Source of the DNA: Rhynchobatus australiae
Taxonomy: Eukaryota
Direction: 5' to 3'
Length of the DNA stretch: 64,000 nucleotides
Assembly: GCA_034780895.1 (NCBI GenBank)
Contig: JAUZTB010000064.1
Location: 64,740,665-64,804,664 of the forward strand
The notes beneath the pieces are model-generated. The model was not told the DNA's origin and did no database searches. It saw nothing but the letters and a program-made list of their open reading frames with translations. Positions 36,761-49,675 of this stretch are shown here, piece by piece (position 1 is the stretch's first letter; each line of letters opens with the position of its first letter). The position numbers were made by a program, and so were the translations under genes.

Positions 36761-38974
36761 ACAAACATATTTCTAATGGTCATATGCTGCCATCTATAGT
36801 GTTTCTATTGGCATTAAAATAGTCTCTGCTTGGATTGTCTCAAAATGCTCAAGGTGGAGGTTCAAGGCTGTGATGAGCACTGTTGTGAATTTGGTGAGAT
36901 TGGGAAGGGGCTGATATCATGTTATATTTAAGCCCTCGACACTATGCAAAATGGGCAGTATTTTATAATGTTTAAAAAGGAATGAATATTTGATGTCTTT
37001 TGAGTCTGGAAATCTATTTGGATGAGCTATAGAAGATAAGGTAGCCAGGGAGAAGAAAGAAAATAAACCTGTCCTTGATCTAACTTATTGTTCTTGTGAA
37101 TAAATAGATTTAAATAAATCACAGGTAAAATGTAATAAATTTGATGCCTTGCATTTAGTACTTTGCATCTAAGCTGGGGGGGGAAATCAATTATAGTCAA
37201 TTTTTTAAAGAATAGTAACACACTTAATGATCTTATCAACACTTTTTTCAGCTTTTATGGTTTAATCACAAATGACTATATATTTGTGCTTCAGTCATTA
37301 CATATAATGAATGCTAAATCCTGAAACACAAGCAGCAGCCTGCATATAATCTGGTTTTATCTCCAAGTAAAAGGTATCATTATGTGGCTACCTTTGGAAA
37401 TAGCTGGTGATGATTTGTACTTGCATTTTTTCCAGATGGAGGCGACTGAGTGATTATTGTTTATTGTATTACAAAATTTTAGTTATGGCTTTGCACTTAG
37501 AATTAAATAGTTTTAACTGAAAGTGTTTTTTTAATAGGGTCAGAAACAATCCCTGTTAATATTAATCTTGCTGTATAATTCCTGTTTTGGTTTACTTATG
37601 ACATCCTGTGCGAAACTCTCCCTGCTCCCCCTTGTAAACTGCAAGACAAAGAAAATTGATTATGGCTTAACTCTCTGTCTTCCTCTGTCAAGAAATGCAG
37701 AAGAACAAAAATGCTGAAGAGCGCAGTAGCTGATGACTGTATTAAATTTATTATTCTCCCAGTTGTAGAATGGTCATCCTTCAACCGTTTCCATTCACAT
37801 TAAAGTAATTGTCTGGGGAATGAAAGAGTATTACACCCCTTTCACGTGTGGAATGCCATATCAAAGTTGAACTTAATGTAACCACTCCTCTTGAACCACT
37901 GAGGAGGAAACTCGGGGTGATCTTTAATAGATAGCAATCGGCAGAATATCAATGAGAACATCACGTTTAGCTATTTGTTTCTATTTGGGGGATATCAGGC
38001 ATGAATGGAAGCAACTTGTTGGAGCAGGAAATTGTTATTTTGTAGCCTCCTTATTAAATGTTCTGAACAAATTGATAAATGGCAAGATTTTTTTATTCAT
38101 TTAATGTTGGGTAAGATTTTAATCCACCATGGCAAATGATTTTAACCTCAGTATTTTATATTTGCTATTTTTCCTTGNNNNNNAAAACCATGAGGCCCCA
38201 CAACAGGACTGTTTTAAACAAACGGGAAAAAAGTCTGTATTAACTACTTGAAAGATACCTGCAGCTAATTCTTGTTGTAGAATAAATACAACAAATAATG
38301 GCAGCATTCAGCTATAATCTCAGATCTGTCTTTTGACTCCAAGGTTATACTGCAATACTGTGATATTATTGAGCAACTGCATCACCTTCACTTTACTGAC
38401 CTTTAAACAAATGCTGGGATGTTTTATTATTTACCTGCAGGGTTTATTCAATTGCTTTCACATTGGCTTTGTTTTCCCTTCGTTTTTGCCTGATACAATT
38501 CTTCCCTTTGCCCTTGAGTCTTGGCAGAATCTGGCATCAGGTTAGACTATCTTTTGAATCTTTCCAAAGAAAAGACGACTACCTGTTTTGCTATTCAGTG
38601 ATTTACCTCTATATCTCTATAGATTTCACCTTCAGCACAATTTTCTCTCAATTTGTCTGCTTTTGTATATTCAAAACAATGCATGAAGTTATAAATAGTT
38701 GTAGTGATGAGCTGATTTGAATAAATAATGTGCAGCTAGCATGCCACTGAGTAGCTTTTTATTATTACTGCATGATTAAAGTTTGCCTGGATACCACTCA
38801 GAGGGTGGCATACATTTGAAGGAACCTGCCCAACATTCAGGCCACAAAAATTATTGAACGATGATGGGGAAAGTGGGAGAGGAATCCTGTGTAGAAATAC
38901 AGTCCTCTACTCTGTGCCCCATACTCGTGCAATGCTGAAATTCCTTGAAGAATAACTGTGAAGCCTTTACTAAC

Positions 38975-39285
38975 AATGTATAAGATTCCAAATTCCACCA
39001 TGGTAGCTGTGGAAATTAAATTTAGTCAATTAGCTCACCTAGAATTAAAAATGCTTATTTCAGTAACAAAGAGTAACTGATTGTCACGGGGAAAACACTC
39101 ATCTGGTTCTGTAAAGAAGGAAATCCGGAACCTTGCCTGGTTTGGCCAACATCTGACTCCAATCCTATAACTATCAAGAGTCGACCATGTTGCCCTCTGA
39201 AAAGACTTGGCAAGGAGTTGTCAAGAGCAAAGATAGATTGACAAACAGTGCTGCCTTTGATAGTTATACTCTCATTCTGAAAATT
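38975..39285 (+). mobile_element. Decayed elasmobranch SINE-like repeat
   Basis: caaattccaccatggtagctgtggaaattaaatt...catctggttc...aagaaggaaatcc...gcctggtttggcc...tgactcca...gccctctgaaa; a related 3' part lies at 44045-44150. Confidence 0.55.
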
Positions 39286-41064
39286 ATATTTTTTAAATAT
39301 TCAAAGCAAGTTGTAGCTCTGCTAGAAAATCCAAGTTAATGTTCTCACTTAGTTGTAGTTAAAAATGATTAAAACTATTCCTTTGCATTTAATCTTACCT
39401 TTTCTATAGATTGTAATTTTTGAACACAAATCAAATAATATCATGCTTACACCATACTGATAACCAATCAATTTTAAAACCTTGATGTGGCCATAGCTGG
39501 TTTAAAAAAATCTTTGGGGGGGGGGATCAAAACTAATCAAATTTTTTTAATTAGCTGGCCTTTTAATAATCTTTTGTTCTGTATAATATGATGTGTAAAA
39601 TCTCAATATTCAGTCTGCTTCTATAATTACCATTTTCTTAACCTATTTTCTTAAATCAACTAAAGTTTGAAGCTATATGCACCCCAATATGAACTCCTAA
39701 CTTTTCAACTGGTGTTTTCTTCCCTACAGATCATGAAATGAACAGTATTTGTAAACCTGAAGGGGGAAGCTGTCTAACATTAAACCTCAAATTCCTTCAT
39801 TCACCAAGTTCTTTAGTCAGCTTCATCTGAAAGGAACTGAATTTTGCTTGACTCTCAAACCCAACCAGCAGTTTAATGAGTTGATCAAATCTTTCTTCAC
39901 AATGTTATGAATCCCAATTTCCAGATTTTCTTTATTGAACAGTCTCATGATTTTCTTTTAAGTTTTTTTTGTGTTTTTAACATCCTTGAGTGACAGCATT
40001 GCTCAGGTGGGCTGCACATGTTTAGTTGCTAGTGCTGTTAACTGGATAATATGGGCCCGATGGCCTATTTTTGGCCTGTTTAACTTTACATTTTTGGAAG
40101 CAGACAAGTCCAATATTTGGATGATGTGTATAGCTACTCTCTGAAATATGAACTGAACTTTTCTGCAGAAACTAGACATCTGTCCTGGATTTCAGTTGGC
40201 TGCTAGTGACAAACCTTTACTAAGGTTCTCTAAATGACTGTTTGCTCATCAGACTTAATTTAAACATTGACATTTCTACTTCCTGTATTTTGTAATGAGG
40301 AGAAAGTTGCAAAAACTGTGGGAGGATCCTCTTGAGAGGGATTAAAATAATAAATTCCTAACAAGAGCTGCCATAAGAGAAGTTTTCTAGATCTCTAGCA
40401 AAATATATCAATATTCTACTTTAAATCTGCCCCACATTCCCATTTAGTATTACAAATAAAATATGTAGGATGATATGTTTAAAGTGGTTATGCATACTTA
40501 ACTACTAAACTTATTTAATACTCCACCTGAAGCTTCAATGCCAAATTGAGATGAATTTATGTTTTTCATGGAACTAATTATGTTAATTTTATTCAGTTAA
40601 AGCACTGTGATTACTCTGAAATTTAACAGGTTAATCCACTCACTGTTGGTACAGTAACAAGAAGTGTTTTAAAGATTTAGAGTAATTATTTGATTCACTG
40701 TTGTGAAAGTCATCCTAAATTTTAGTGTTCAACACTTCAAACTGTCAAGAGCATTGGGAAAGGAGTTGCACCTAAGGCTTGCAAGTTGCAACAACCTATA
40801 TGAAACGTGGGTGTCAATTTAAATGTGGATATTATGCTGCTATGAAGGTTGTACATTATTTGCTAAACCCTTGTGTGCTAACTTGGGCATGGGAAATCAA
40901 TTTTGACATTTTTGTGTTATCAGAGACTATGCTGTCTGCATGATAAATTTGAGTTATTCCCTGATGCTATGAAGCTTGAGGTTTGATGCTTGTTTTGCCT
41001 CCTTTGTGTTTGCTTAGTTTTTTTTGGTAATGTTTTTGTTTAATTGAATGATCCCTTTTTCCAG

Positions 41065-41134
41065 ATTTCATATAACCTATACTCCAGTCTCCTCATTGCT
41101 GAAGCCCTGTGATCCCTATCAGAAGTGCTCCCAG
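41065..41134 (+). other. APBB2: APBB2 70-nt upstream exon (orthologue of the human start-codon exon; apparently 5'UTR here)
   Basis: Acceptor cccttttttccAG ends at 41064. The exon ends TCA GAA GTG CTC CCA G (SEVLP, phase 1), matching human MSEVLPA and in frame with the 43108 exon. Donors are GTCAAA (41135) and GTAAGA (41141). Confidence 0.85.
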
Positions 41135-43107
41135 GTCAAAGTAAGATTCTTTCTTTTAAGATTTTGACTCAAGTGTTCTAGAGTATGAATTCTTAGACCT
41201 ACCTCTGAAAAGAATGTACACTGATTTCAGCTTGTGGGAATCAGTTTGGGAACACAGTATTTGTTATAAATACAAACAAGTGAACATTTTACATAATGTT
41301 TTTCTGCATTCATTTTTTGGTATGCTTCCATGATTGCTGTTCCTTTTACATGTCCTTCACACCCATGACCAGCCTCCATGCAGTTGTTATTTTTACTTTA
41401 TGTTGTATCTTTTTAACATTATTTTGTTTGTAAGTGCTATTTGACTTCCTCCCAGTCTGTCCTCTCCTGTTGTCTAAGGTTATGGATAAGTGATTATTTC
41501 TTGATCTTTGTCAGTGTTACTCTAACTGCAATAAGTTGATGTCTCAACCCTTTGTTGTGCGAACTCTGCACATAGCACCATCAATCATGAAATAGCTGAG
41601 AGGGAATTGAACACATTGAGAACTGTGGGCCTTGGTTCACTTTGAATGCTCTGTTTTGTCAGAAACATGCAACTCCATTATGGCAATATAACACTTGAAA
41701 TATGTACTTGGAAAGTACTCCATAATTAAATGCAGTTGTTTGAATTTTCAGACTAAAATGGTAGAATTTATTAGCATAGTGCAACCTTCGCTGCTAATAA
41801 ATTCTCCCATTTCAGGTGGATGTAAATTATTAAGGGAAAGTTTTGCAGAGTTTTTAATAAACTAGATTTAATTAATTGAATAATCAAACCAAAATAATTG
41901 TATTCTGAATTATTTATTCCACATAACTGAATGAATCAGCACACAGAATAGCATGAGTCTAACTTAACTTTTGTACAACTTTGCTGCTAGGAGTTTCATT
42001 ATTGGTCACTTTAGTTTTAACATCTGTTGCTTCCTATATTCATTCCAACTCCATTCATAACAAATTGCGACAATGCTTCTGCTTCTGCTGTTGGGATACC
42101 TGTCTGGATTATAATCAAAATAATTCCTTGTACAAATTTTAAGAAGGCTAAAGGTAAATAATTCTAATTTCAATTCATGTTTTCAACACAGTTTTCCAGC
42201 CTTATAAATCATGGTGGAATTTAATGATGAATTATATTGTGTCAAAATAAGGAGTATAATAAGAATTTCTTCTTAATTCAGTCAATGAGCATCTTGTAAG
42301 ATAGAAATTGTATTTTGTTAATTTGAAATTATTGCAAAATTTAATGTTTATCATGGCATTAATATTGTTCATCTTATATCAAACAAACATTTTTCCAGTC
42401 AAGTCTAAAACAGGTACTGGAGGCAATGGGTAAAAGCATTGTGTTTGCTTGAAAATGTAGTATTAATGATCATAGTTTGAAGTCCACAGTTTCCATAATT
42501 TAGCATCATTAATCTAGAAGGGGAGATATAATTTAATCATAGTTGATATTCTGATGACACTATCTACAAGAATTTAACAAAGTCCTTTTAGAGAAATAAC
42601 TTTCCCTTTTTACAACCAAAATTTACCCCTACTTCCTTGGTGTGAGGGTATTTACTCCTTATTGAGGAATAATCTCCATTGGTGCTGGTTGACTTCCAGT
42701 ATGGTGTAACTGACAGGATCTTTAAATGACCGTTGTGCAACCTCGGCTGAGAACAAATGATTGTGATCTTGTTATTTAGTCATACTGTTGTCAGTGTTTA
42801 CAGTACAGACGACCCCTGTGCTACAACGGTTTGGGTAATGGAAATTTACCCTTGTGGAATTCACAAATCACTACCAAAACAATCTGCGATATGGAATAAA
42901 AATTCACTCTTACAAAATTTATGTGAAAAAGCAAATAAATGAACACAAAATTAATTTTTTTCAACTCTCATTTCTTGAGAAGGCATCGTGTTATGGAAAG
43001 TTGCAATGTGGGCTGTTTTCTAGGAATGCAATCCCCTTGTAACATGGCGTAAGGAACTTTGCATTTTGGGATTGACTCAATTTTTGTTTCCTCTCCTCTT
43101 TTTGCAG

Positions 43108-43902
43108 TTGAAGACTCTGTGGACACTATGTCAGTGTTCCTTGCCACCGCCAACAGCCAAACTGATATAGTGAATCGCAACAGTTCAGCTACTCCACCAA
43201 ATACACTCAACCTTCGCTCTTCCCACAATAAATTGGTAAACTCAGAAATAAAGAACACAGAAGTCAAGAACAATACTCCTCCAAAATGCAGGAAGAAATA
43301 TGCCTTGACTAATATTCAGGCCGCAATGGGCCTGGGAGACACAACAGCAGTGCCAGTTACAGCAAACAACACCAATTCCAAACTGGCGAAGAACGGAGAA
43401 AACCAGCTGCGTAAAGCAGCAGAACAGGGCCAGCAGGACATGAACAAAAACATCAGTACAAATGTTGTTAAAAACATAATTTCAGAAAAATTAGAGGGTA
43501 AGGAGCCAAGCTTGCAAGACCCATCTTGCACTGAGCCCTTGTCATCACAGCCAAGGAAGAGCAAGAGCTTTCTCAATTACTATGCAGACCTGGAATCATC
43601 CACTCGTGAATCAGAGCAAAACTATGGCACCGGCTCGGGTGAGGAAAATGCTGAGCAGTTTCACGATAAAACTACAGCAAGCAATGATGTGGCCAGTGAC
43701 GAAAGTGTGTCTGCCAGTCCTGAAGATTGTCAAATGGCCACCATTTCCTCCGGTTCTGAAACAAAGAAAGCTCCATCTAGATTTGGAGGGAAAACTGACT
43801 GTGCATTAAGTAAAATGCAGAACATGGCTCCCAGTGATGAAGATTCAAGTTGGACCACCCTGTCTCAGGACAGTGCTTCACTGAGCTCACCTGAAGAAAC
43901 GG
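43108..43902 (+). CDS. APBB2: Large N-terminal coding exon of amyloid-beta precursor protein-binding family B member 2 (Fe65-like 1); probable start ATG at 43128
   Basis: ORF 43059..43943 contains NRNSSATPPNTLNLRSSHN, TPPKCRKKYALTNIQAAMGL, KNGENQLRKAAEQGQQD, KSFLNYYADLE and SSWTTLSQDSAS, which match the recalled human APBB2 N-terminus. A polypyrimidine tract and tttgcAG acceptor end at 43107. The donor ACGG|GTATAG is at 43903 (phase 1), just before where the WW-domain exon would begin. Confidence 0.95.
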
Positions 43903-44464
43903 GTATAGATATTTTCTTTTTTTTAAATACATTAATACCTTGACTGTGTTGTGCTCAATAAATATATGCAACATTTTATATATGTGCTCCCCAGAGAAAA
44001 GGATTGCTTATGTTCAGCATTGTTGTATCTTAGCAAATTTTAAAGCCACTGCAATGTGGTTAACTTCTAGCTGCTCTCTGAAATGAGCCAGTTAGCTACT
44101 CAATTCAAGACAGTTGGGTATGGGCAGGGAATGGTTGCCTCCATCGTTTGAATAAATAAAATAAAAGAGACTTGTAAAGAATTAAAGAGAAATAAATAGC
44201 AAACCAGTTACACCCAATCTTATTTTATATTGCAGAGCAACTTTTATTTGTATTTTCATATTCCATTATGATTTAAGGTGCTGTAGATTTTAGTCCAATT
44301 GGATAGCAGTGCAACATTACACAAGATCAACAGCACTTAGGAAACAATTACATTGTTTTTGCTCATGCTCCCTGATGTTTAGGGACAGCCTGCAGTATGT
44401 ATAATGTGAAAGTCACAAATCTAGGTTTCATGTGTGAGTTCTCAACCAGTACTTATAAGCACAA

Positions 44465-44660
44465 AAAAAAGATTCTGGAAATATAAAATAAAAATAGAAA
44501 ATGCAGGAAATATTCAGCAGGTCATGTAGCATTTATGAAGAGAGAAACTGCAAAACAGAATCAATGACTTTTCATCAACTCTGTGAAACTGAGAAATCAA
44601 ACATTGTTTTAAGTTGCAGACAAGGAACAGAGGTGTGGAGAACAAAGAAAAACATGATAA
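44465..44660 (-). mobile_element. Penelope pLTR fragment
   Basis: gaaaatgcaggaaatattcagcaggtcatgtagcatttatgaagagagaaac...tcaatgacttttcatcaact is the reverse complement of the hammerhead-bearing terminus. Confidence 0.65.
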
Positions 44661-44910
44661 GTTGTGGAGACCATATTGTTTGCAGAATATCTTCCAGCTT
44701 TGTCTTTCTCTTTCATGTCTTGTTTATCCCAAATCAGTAGAGCATAATTAGCTATTGAATCGTTACTTTACTGAACAAAAATATTTGTCTGCATTTTGCT
44801 TCCTTGTTGATAATTCTTAAGCCTAGAATTAATTATGGAATCAGAAATATGCACCATTCAGGTAGGTGAAAATTAATTAGTGTCTCATTGCTTTTGATTA
44901 ATATAATGTA

Positions 44911-45850
44911 TGTCAATTGATGAACTATACGGTGTGAAAGTCGAGACTCATCATGGGTTGTAGACTTATTCTGTGTTTGAATGAACCAAAGTGGCAATGT
45001 TTCTATGACAGTTAAAGAAGTTGGTTTAAAATCTGAAAAATATTTGTAGTATCTTTAATCAAGTCAGTCAAGGAATTAGGTGCAGATTACAGTCTTGAGT
45101 TAGCTTGGGATGATGATTTTTTTGACCGTCAACTGTATCAAGGATGAAAGCATGAGTCAGACCTACAGAATAGGGGCAGAGCCAATGAACTTTGTGGTCT
45201 TACTTGACAGGCGAGTTCTGTGGCCAGCTGTTCAATTTTTGCCTTTCCATTGAACTGCCTCCAACTTACCAGTCATCCTTCGGGCTAAAGGGAATGAGCT
45301 TAATTCTATGGGTAGGTTGCACCATGTGAGAACTGAGTAAATAGCTTCTAGTTGTGTTGTGTTGAAATGGTATGTAAGTGTGGATCTTTGTTACGTTGTG
45401 AAGGATAGGATCGTCTGTAATATTATTTGCAGTATGTTCACTGACTTGCTTTAATTAAATAGTATGCTCATTTATAGCCAAAACCTTGGCTTGGTAGAAG
45501 CCAATGGACCTATTGAAGAGAGCCTCAAGTGGTTCTCTGTTTTAACCCACAGTTTTGATGTCTTCTAGACTGCCAGAAATGTGCTCAAATTCTGAGGAAA
45601 TGATCCAGAGTGTTGTATGTAGTGTAAAAAAATCAATAACAACATTCATATGTGTAATTAATATAAATGAATGTTTTCATTCATGGCTTTGGCAAAAATC
45701 ATTGGAACCATTATCAGGCATTAATGTTTGGCTAGAGCCTTTTGGAATGTGCTGGTATTTCCAAATAGAACTGTTGTCGATTAATGAACTATACATTGTG
45801 AAATTCAAGACCCATTGTGGGTTATAGACTTATTCTGTGTTTGAGTGAAC
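44911..45850 (+). repeat. 76-bp direct repeat pair (44911-44986 and 45775-45850), 65/76 identical
   Basis: tgtcaattgatgaactatac...tagacttattctgtgtttgaatgaac versus tgtcgattaatgaactatac...tagacttattctgtgtttgagtgaac, ungapped. Confidence 0.85.
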
Positions 45851-46707
45851 ATGCAGGTTAGGCACTGCCGTGGAGCGGAAGTCCTGACCTTACTGGTTGC
45901 TCATCACTGGCAATTTTGCAACTGCCCTCAGATGTTAACTTTTGCAAGGAATCTGGTGTGATTTTCCCCCCTCCCCCCCCATCCCCCCCCCCATATTCAG
46001 CATGTCTGCTGAACAGTAAATCCATTGTTTTGATGGAGGGAGAATGGCTTTGAAAATCCTGGGTAGATAAGATCATTTACATTTTTTGGGGGCTTCCTTA
46101 GATACTTGTGCTTGAACTTGCTTTTATCACTTCAATAATTTTAATGGTTCACATTTAATTAATCCTTCAATTTTTTTTTTACATAGCTTTGGAATTCTTT
46201 TGGATGTTTCTGGCTGTCAGGAGCATTCACGGTCCAAGGCAGGATTAACCAGTGGCTAATGCTGTACACGGTTTCATGGGTAGAATGCATTCAGGTTTGC
46301 CATTTGTTGGCATTAGATCACTCGCCCACTGTGCAGAGACTTCCAGTTTTGGATCAGGATGACATCAGCTGGCAAGACAATGCTGGAGGATCTAGAAAGG
46401 GCAAATCCATATTTAACACATAGATCAGCAATGTGTGTGGATGGCTTGCTGCTAGCCATAAGTTCTGACCAGTATTTTTCTGGGGTCTCCATAGATCTCC
46501 CACAGTGAATTGGGACTGGCTGCCTGAGGAAATTAATCTTTTCCTTGCTCCCAAGTTTCTCTATTCCTNNNNNNNNNNNNNNNNNNNNNNNNNNNNNNNN
46601 NGACTATACAAACACGAGCTGTGTACTTATGAAAAGTATACACCTTGTCAAACATCTGGTTATATGAAGATTAATTTACAAAGCTGTATGTAATAAAGTT
46701 ATCTTTC

Positions 46708-46785
46708 TACCTTGCGCTGTTCTGATACCACAAAACAACAAATTTCACGACATGTGTCAGTGATGATAAACCTGATTCTGATTCC
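46708..46785 (+). mobile_element. Rex1/Babar 3' tail fragment
   Basis: caaaacaacaaatttcacgacatgtgtcagtgatgataaacctgattctgattc, the same as the tail at 9620-9676. Confidence 0.8.
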
Positions 46786-49029
46786 AGATTAGGGGTGTTT
46801 CTTTCCCTTCTCTCTTTTCCTACTCTTTTTCTTTAAAAGTTCTTGATGTCAGGAAATAGAGCTGTTACTGTTACCTCTAAGGTGACCTCTGCCATTAACC
46901 AGATTTTACTGAATTGTGGACTGCAGCCAGTATTGTGAGGATTCCATCTTTGTTGCTGGCATGTTCATCTGAGAGATGAAAAATGCACTATCAATTCAGT
47001 GTTAATTGCACTTTATTAAAAAAAATAAGTTTGTAATTTAAATCCTTATTGGAACTTGCATCAACATGTATCTGAAACTCTTGCCCGCTGACTTATCAGA
47101 TAAGCGTACATCATATTTTATTTAAAGTCCTTTCACTTTTTTTATAACCTTACAATTAATTGTTGTAGGATATACTGTAGCAAATGGGTGATTCGTTAGT
47201 TTAGGCTGATTGACATTACTGTTGGGCTTAGTTTGAATTATTGATCAGAAAGTGGAGAAGGTCTTCGTGTTGAGAGCAGCACTCTAGCTAATAGAAAATC
47301 TTCCACTAAATCAATTTATACTGTAGCTGAAGTGCATCTACAGGGAGCTGAAGGTTAGAAACCCAAACAAGATTTCTGTTCTGCAAGATTAGTGGTTAGC
47401 ATTCTCAAAGTTTAGCTGATTCATTGAATTTTACATTTGATTTAAGTGACTATGAGAGAGCAGCAAGCACTCTTGCAGAGAGCACTCGTTTATGTTGAAA
47501 AGCATTGCAGTGACTGATATTGAATGCCACTAGTTCAAAATGTACAATTTCAAAATGTCAACTCTTAAACAAAATCAGTCAGTAAATACATCAGTCTTGC
47601 TGGTCGGAGGCTCATTTGTAATGACAGCATTGAATGAATTTGCTGCTATAATTTCTTCATGGCTGTCTTCTGTTTTGTTTATTGAAATAGGCTGGCATTA
47701 ATGCTTGAAATTATGCTTGTTTTAGAACTCAAAGCAGCATGATCCAGTAGAGAATAACCTTACGTAGGATGTTAATATGTACTGTGTGGAAAAAGAGATC
47801 TCATTGTGTTCAGTTTGTAACTGTGTCTGTTGATGGGATTCTGATGCTGCTACTGGAGTATGGAGTTAGTGGAGCATGTGCACCCTTAAGTAAAAGGATG
47901 CTGGTGGTAGATCAGAAGCTGACCTGGCGAGAAGCAATTGATAATGGTAAGTATAGTACAGATCAATTCTGTTTATGCTTGTGTGTGTCAAGGATCATGC
48001 ATTACTGTTGTTCAATCACGGCTATACAAGACAGTAACTTGTTCTTGAGAAACCATCCTTAATTTTGCAAATATGCTGCTTTTGTAATATTTACCAATTC
48101 TTCATTTAAAAATAAAACACACAAATGCCAGGAATTCACATTGAAATGAAGCAGCGTGCAGAAGTAACATGTGAATTATATCGAGAAGCAAAGATAGGAT
48201 GTATATATAATGATTTCTATCTATTTGTACAGCTTAAAATTAGAACTATCAAATCAAAACATGCTAACTGCAAAAGAGAAAAAGGAAGAGAAGTATTGAT
48301 GATGGTTTCTACCTGATGAGTATTTGAATGATTTTTAATTGAAACATGTAGCTGGTTAATTAAGTATATTTTCCTAGGTAAAGGGTTTGGATCCAAAGCA
48401 TTTCTTCCTTGTAATGTCTTCAGTTGTAGTATATTCTTACTTTCCTTTTAAGTTCCTAAATTGTGTCTGCTTTTCAGGTTATTCTGACTGAGCATGTATT
48501 TTTAAGCCCTGACATTCATTTATGGTCCCTTAAAATTATTGTTAACATTAAATCTGGAGCAGGATTCCTGCCTCCCAAGCCTATAGTTGAAATGATCATG
48601 TATGCACTTCTTGGCAAAAGCTGCTTTGCCCTGATTACCCTGGAACATGGCAAGTCTTTCTATGAGCGCCTGTGATGAGACCAGTTGACTTCAGAGTTTA
48701 TTCTTCTTACTGCCCAAAACGGGAAATAACTTTGAATGCAGAGGAGGCTATCTTAAGCTGTCATTGAAAACAAAAAAATAGTGGTGTAAGCAATTTTTTT
48801 GAAGAGAGCAAATCTTACTGTGGATTATTATCTGCTGGAATTTTCATGTAATATTATTTCTCAAAAATTTCATCAATAGAAATGCGTGATCTGAATGTAC
48901 TTGAATATAGACTTAAAAATGGGTGTACATTTATTCCCCTTTGACATGGTAAATAATAGGCTAGAATTTGTGCTCTGACCACTGAACATAGAAATAACTT
49001 GCATAATGTTGTTCCCCAGTGGAAGCCTA

Positions 49030-49675
49030 TTTGGTCCCTTGGGGAGATATCTTGTGCATTAACAGAATTGCTCTGTTTCTACTAGTGGGAGAGTCTCAAA
49101 TGACGTGTCTTAAGAGTCCTTGTAACAGAAGTATGTAGTAATTTCTTCTTGCAGACGGTGGTGATTCTCAAACTCTCTACCTCTGTCATGGTTCCAAGTA
49201 CTGGCCCTCAATTTGGCTCCTTTGATGCCTTGTTGTACAGCACATGGATTCCATGCTGGNNNNNNNNNNNNNNNNNNNNNNNNNNNNNNNNNNNNNNNNN
49301 NNNNNNNNNNNNNNNNNNNNNNNNNNNNNNNNNNNNNNNNNNNNNNNNNNNNNNNNNNNGCAAGATTCCGTCCAGTTGCTGCTGTGTCTGGTCCTGAGGA
49401 AGTATCCTGACTCTAGTCTTGTACCAGTGTGCTGCATTTGGGTTCTCTGTGAGCTTGCTCTTTTCTCAACATTGTGACAACCTGGAAAGGTTGTGGAGAC
49501 AAAATCACTGGACGTATTTATTGAAGAGTTAGATCAGTTTTTGTAAATGTGAAGAATTGAAGCTATGTGAGCTGGCTTGGAAGAGCAGCTGAAGCTAAGG
49601 GCAGATCCTGATCATATTGAATGGCAGGGCAGGCTTGAGGGGTCAAGTGCCTACACCTGCTCCTATTTTCTTGTT
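49030..49675 (+). mobile_element. CR1 3' fragment split by an insertion
   Basis: aatttcttcttgcagacggtggtgattctcaaactctctacc resumes at aaggttgtggagac...gatcatattgaatggcagggcaggcttgaggggtc...cctgctcctattt. Confidence 0.7.
49184..49479. mobile_element. Probable solo LTR (TGTCA...TGACA) with internal gap
   Basis: Begins TGTCA and ends TGACA; flanks ACCTC and ACCTG (4/5 TSD); interrupts a CR1 copy. Confidence 0.55.

Noticed and set aside
43059-43107. N-terminal MHFGIDSIFVSSPLFA of the 294-aa ORF (and the GIDIFFFLNTLIP tail after 43902)
   Set aside because: Intronic read-through outside the splice sites; the ORF begins at TTG, not a real start.
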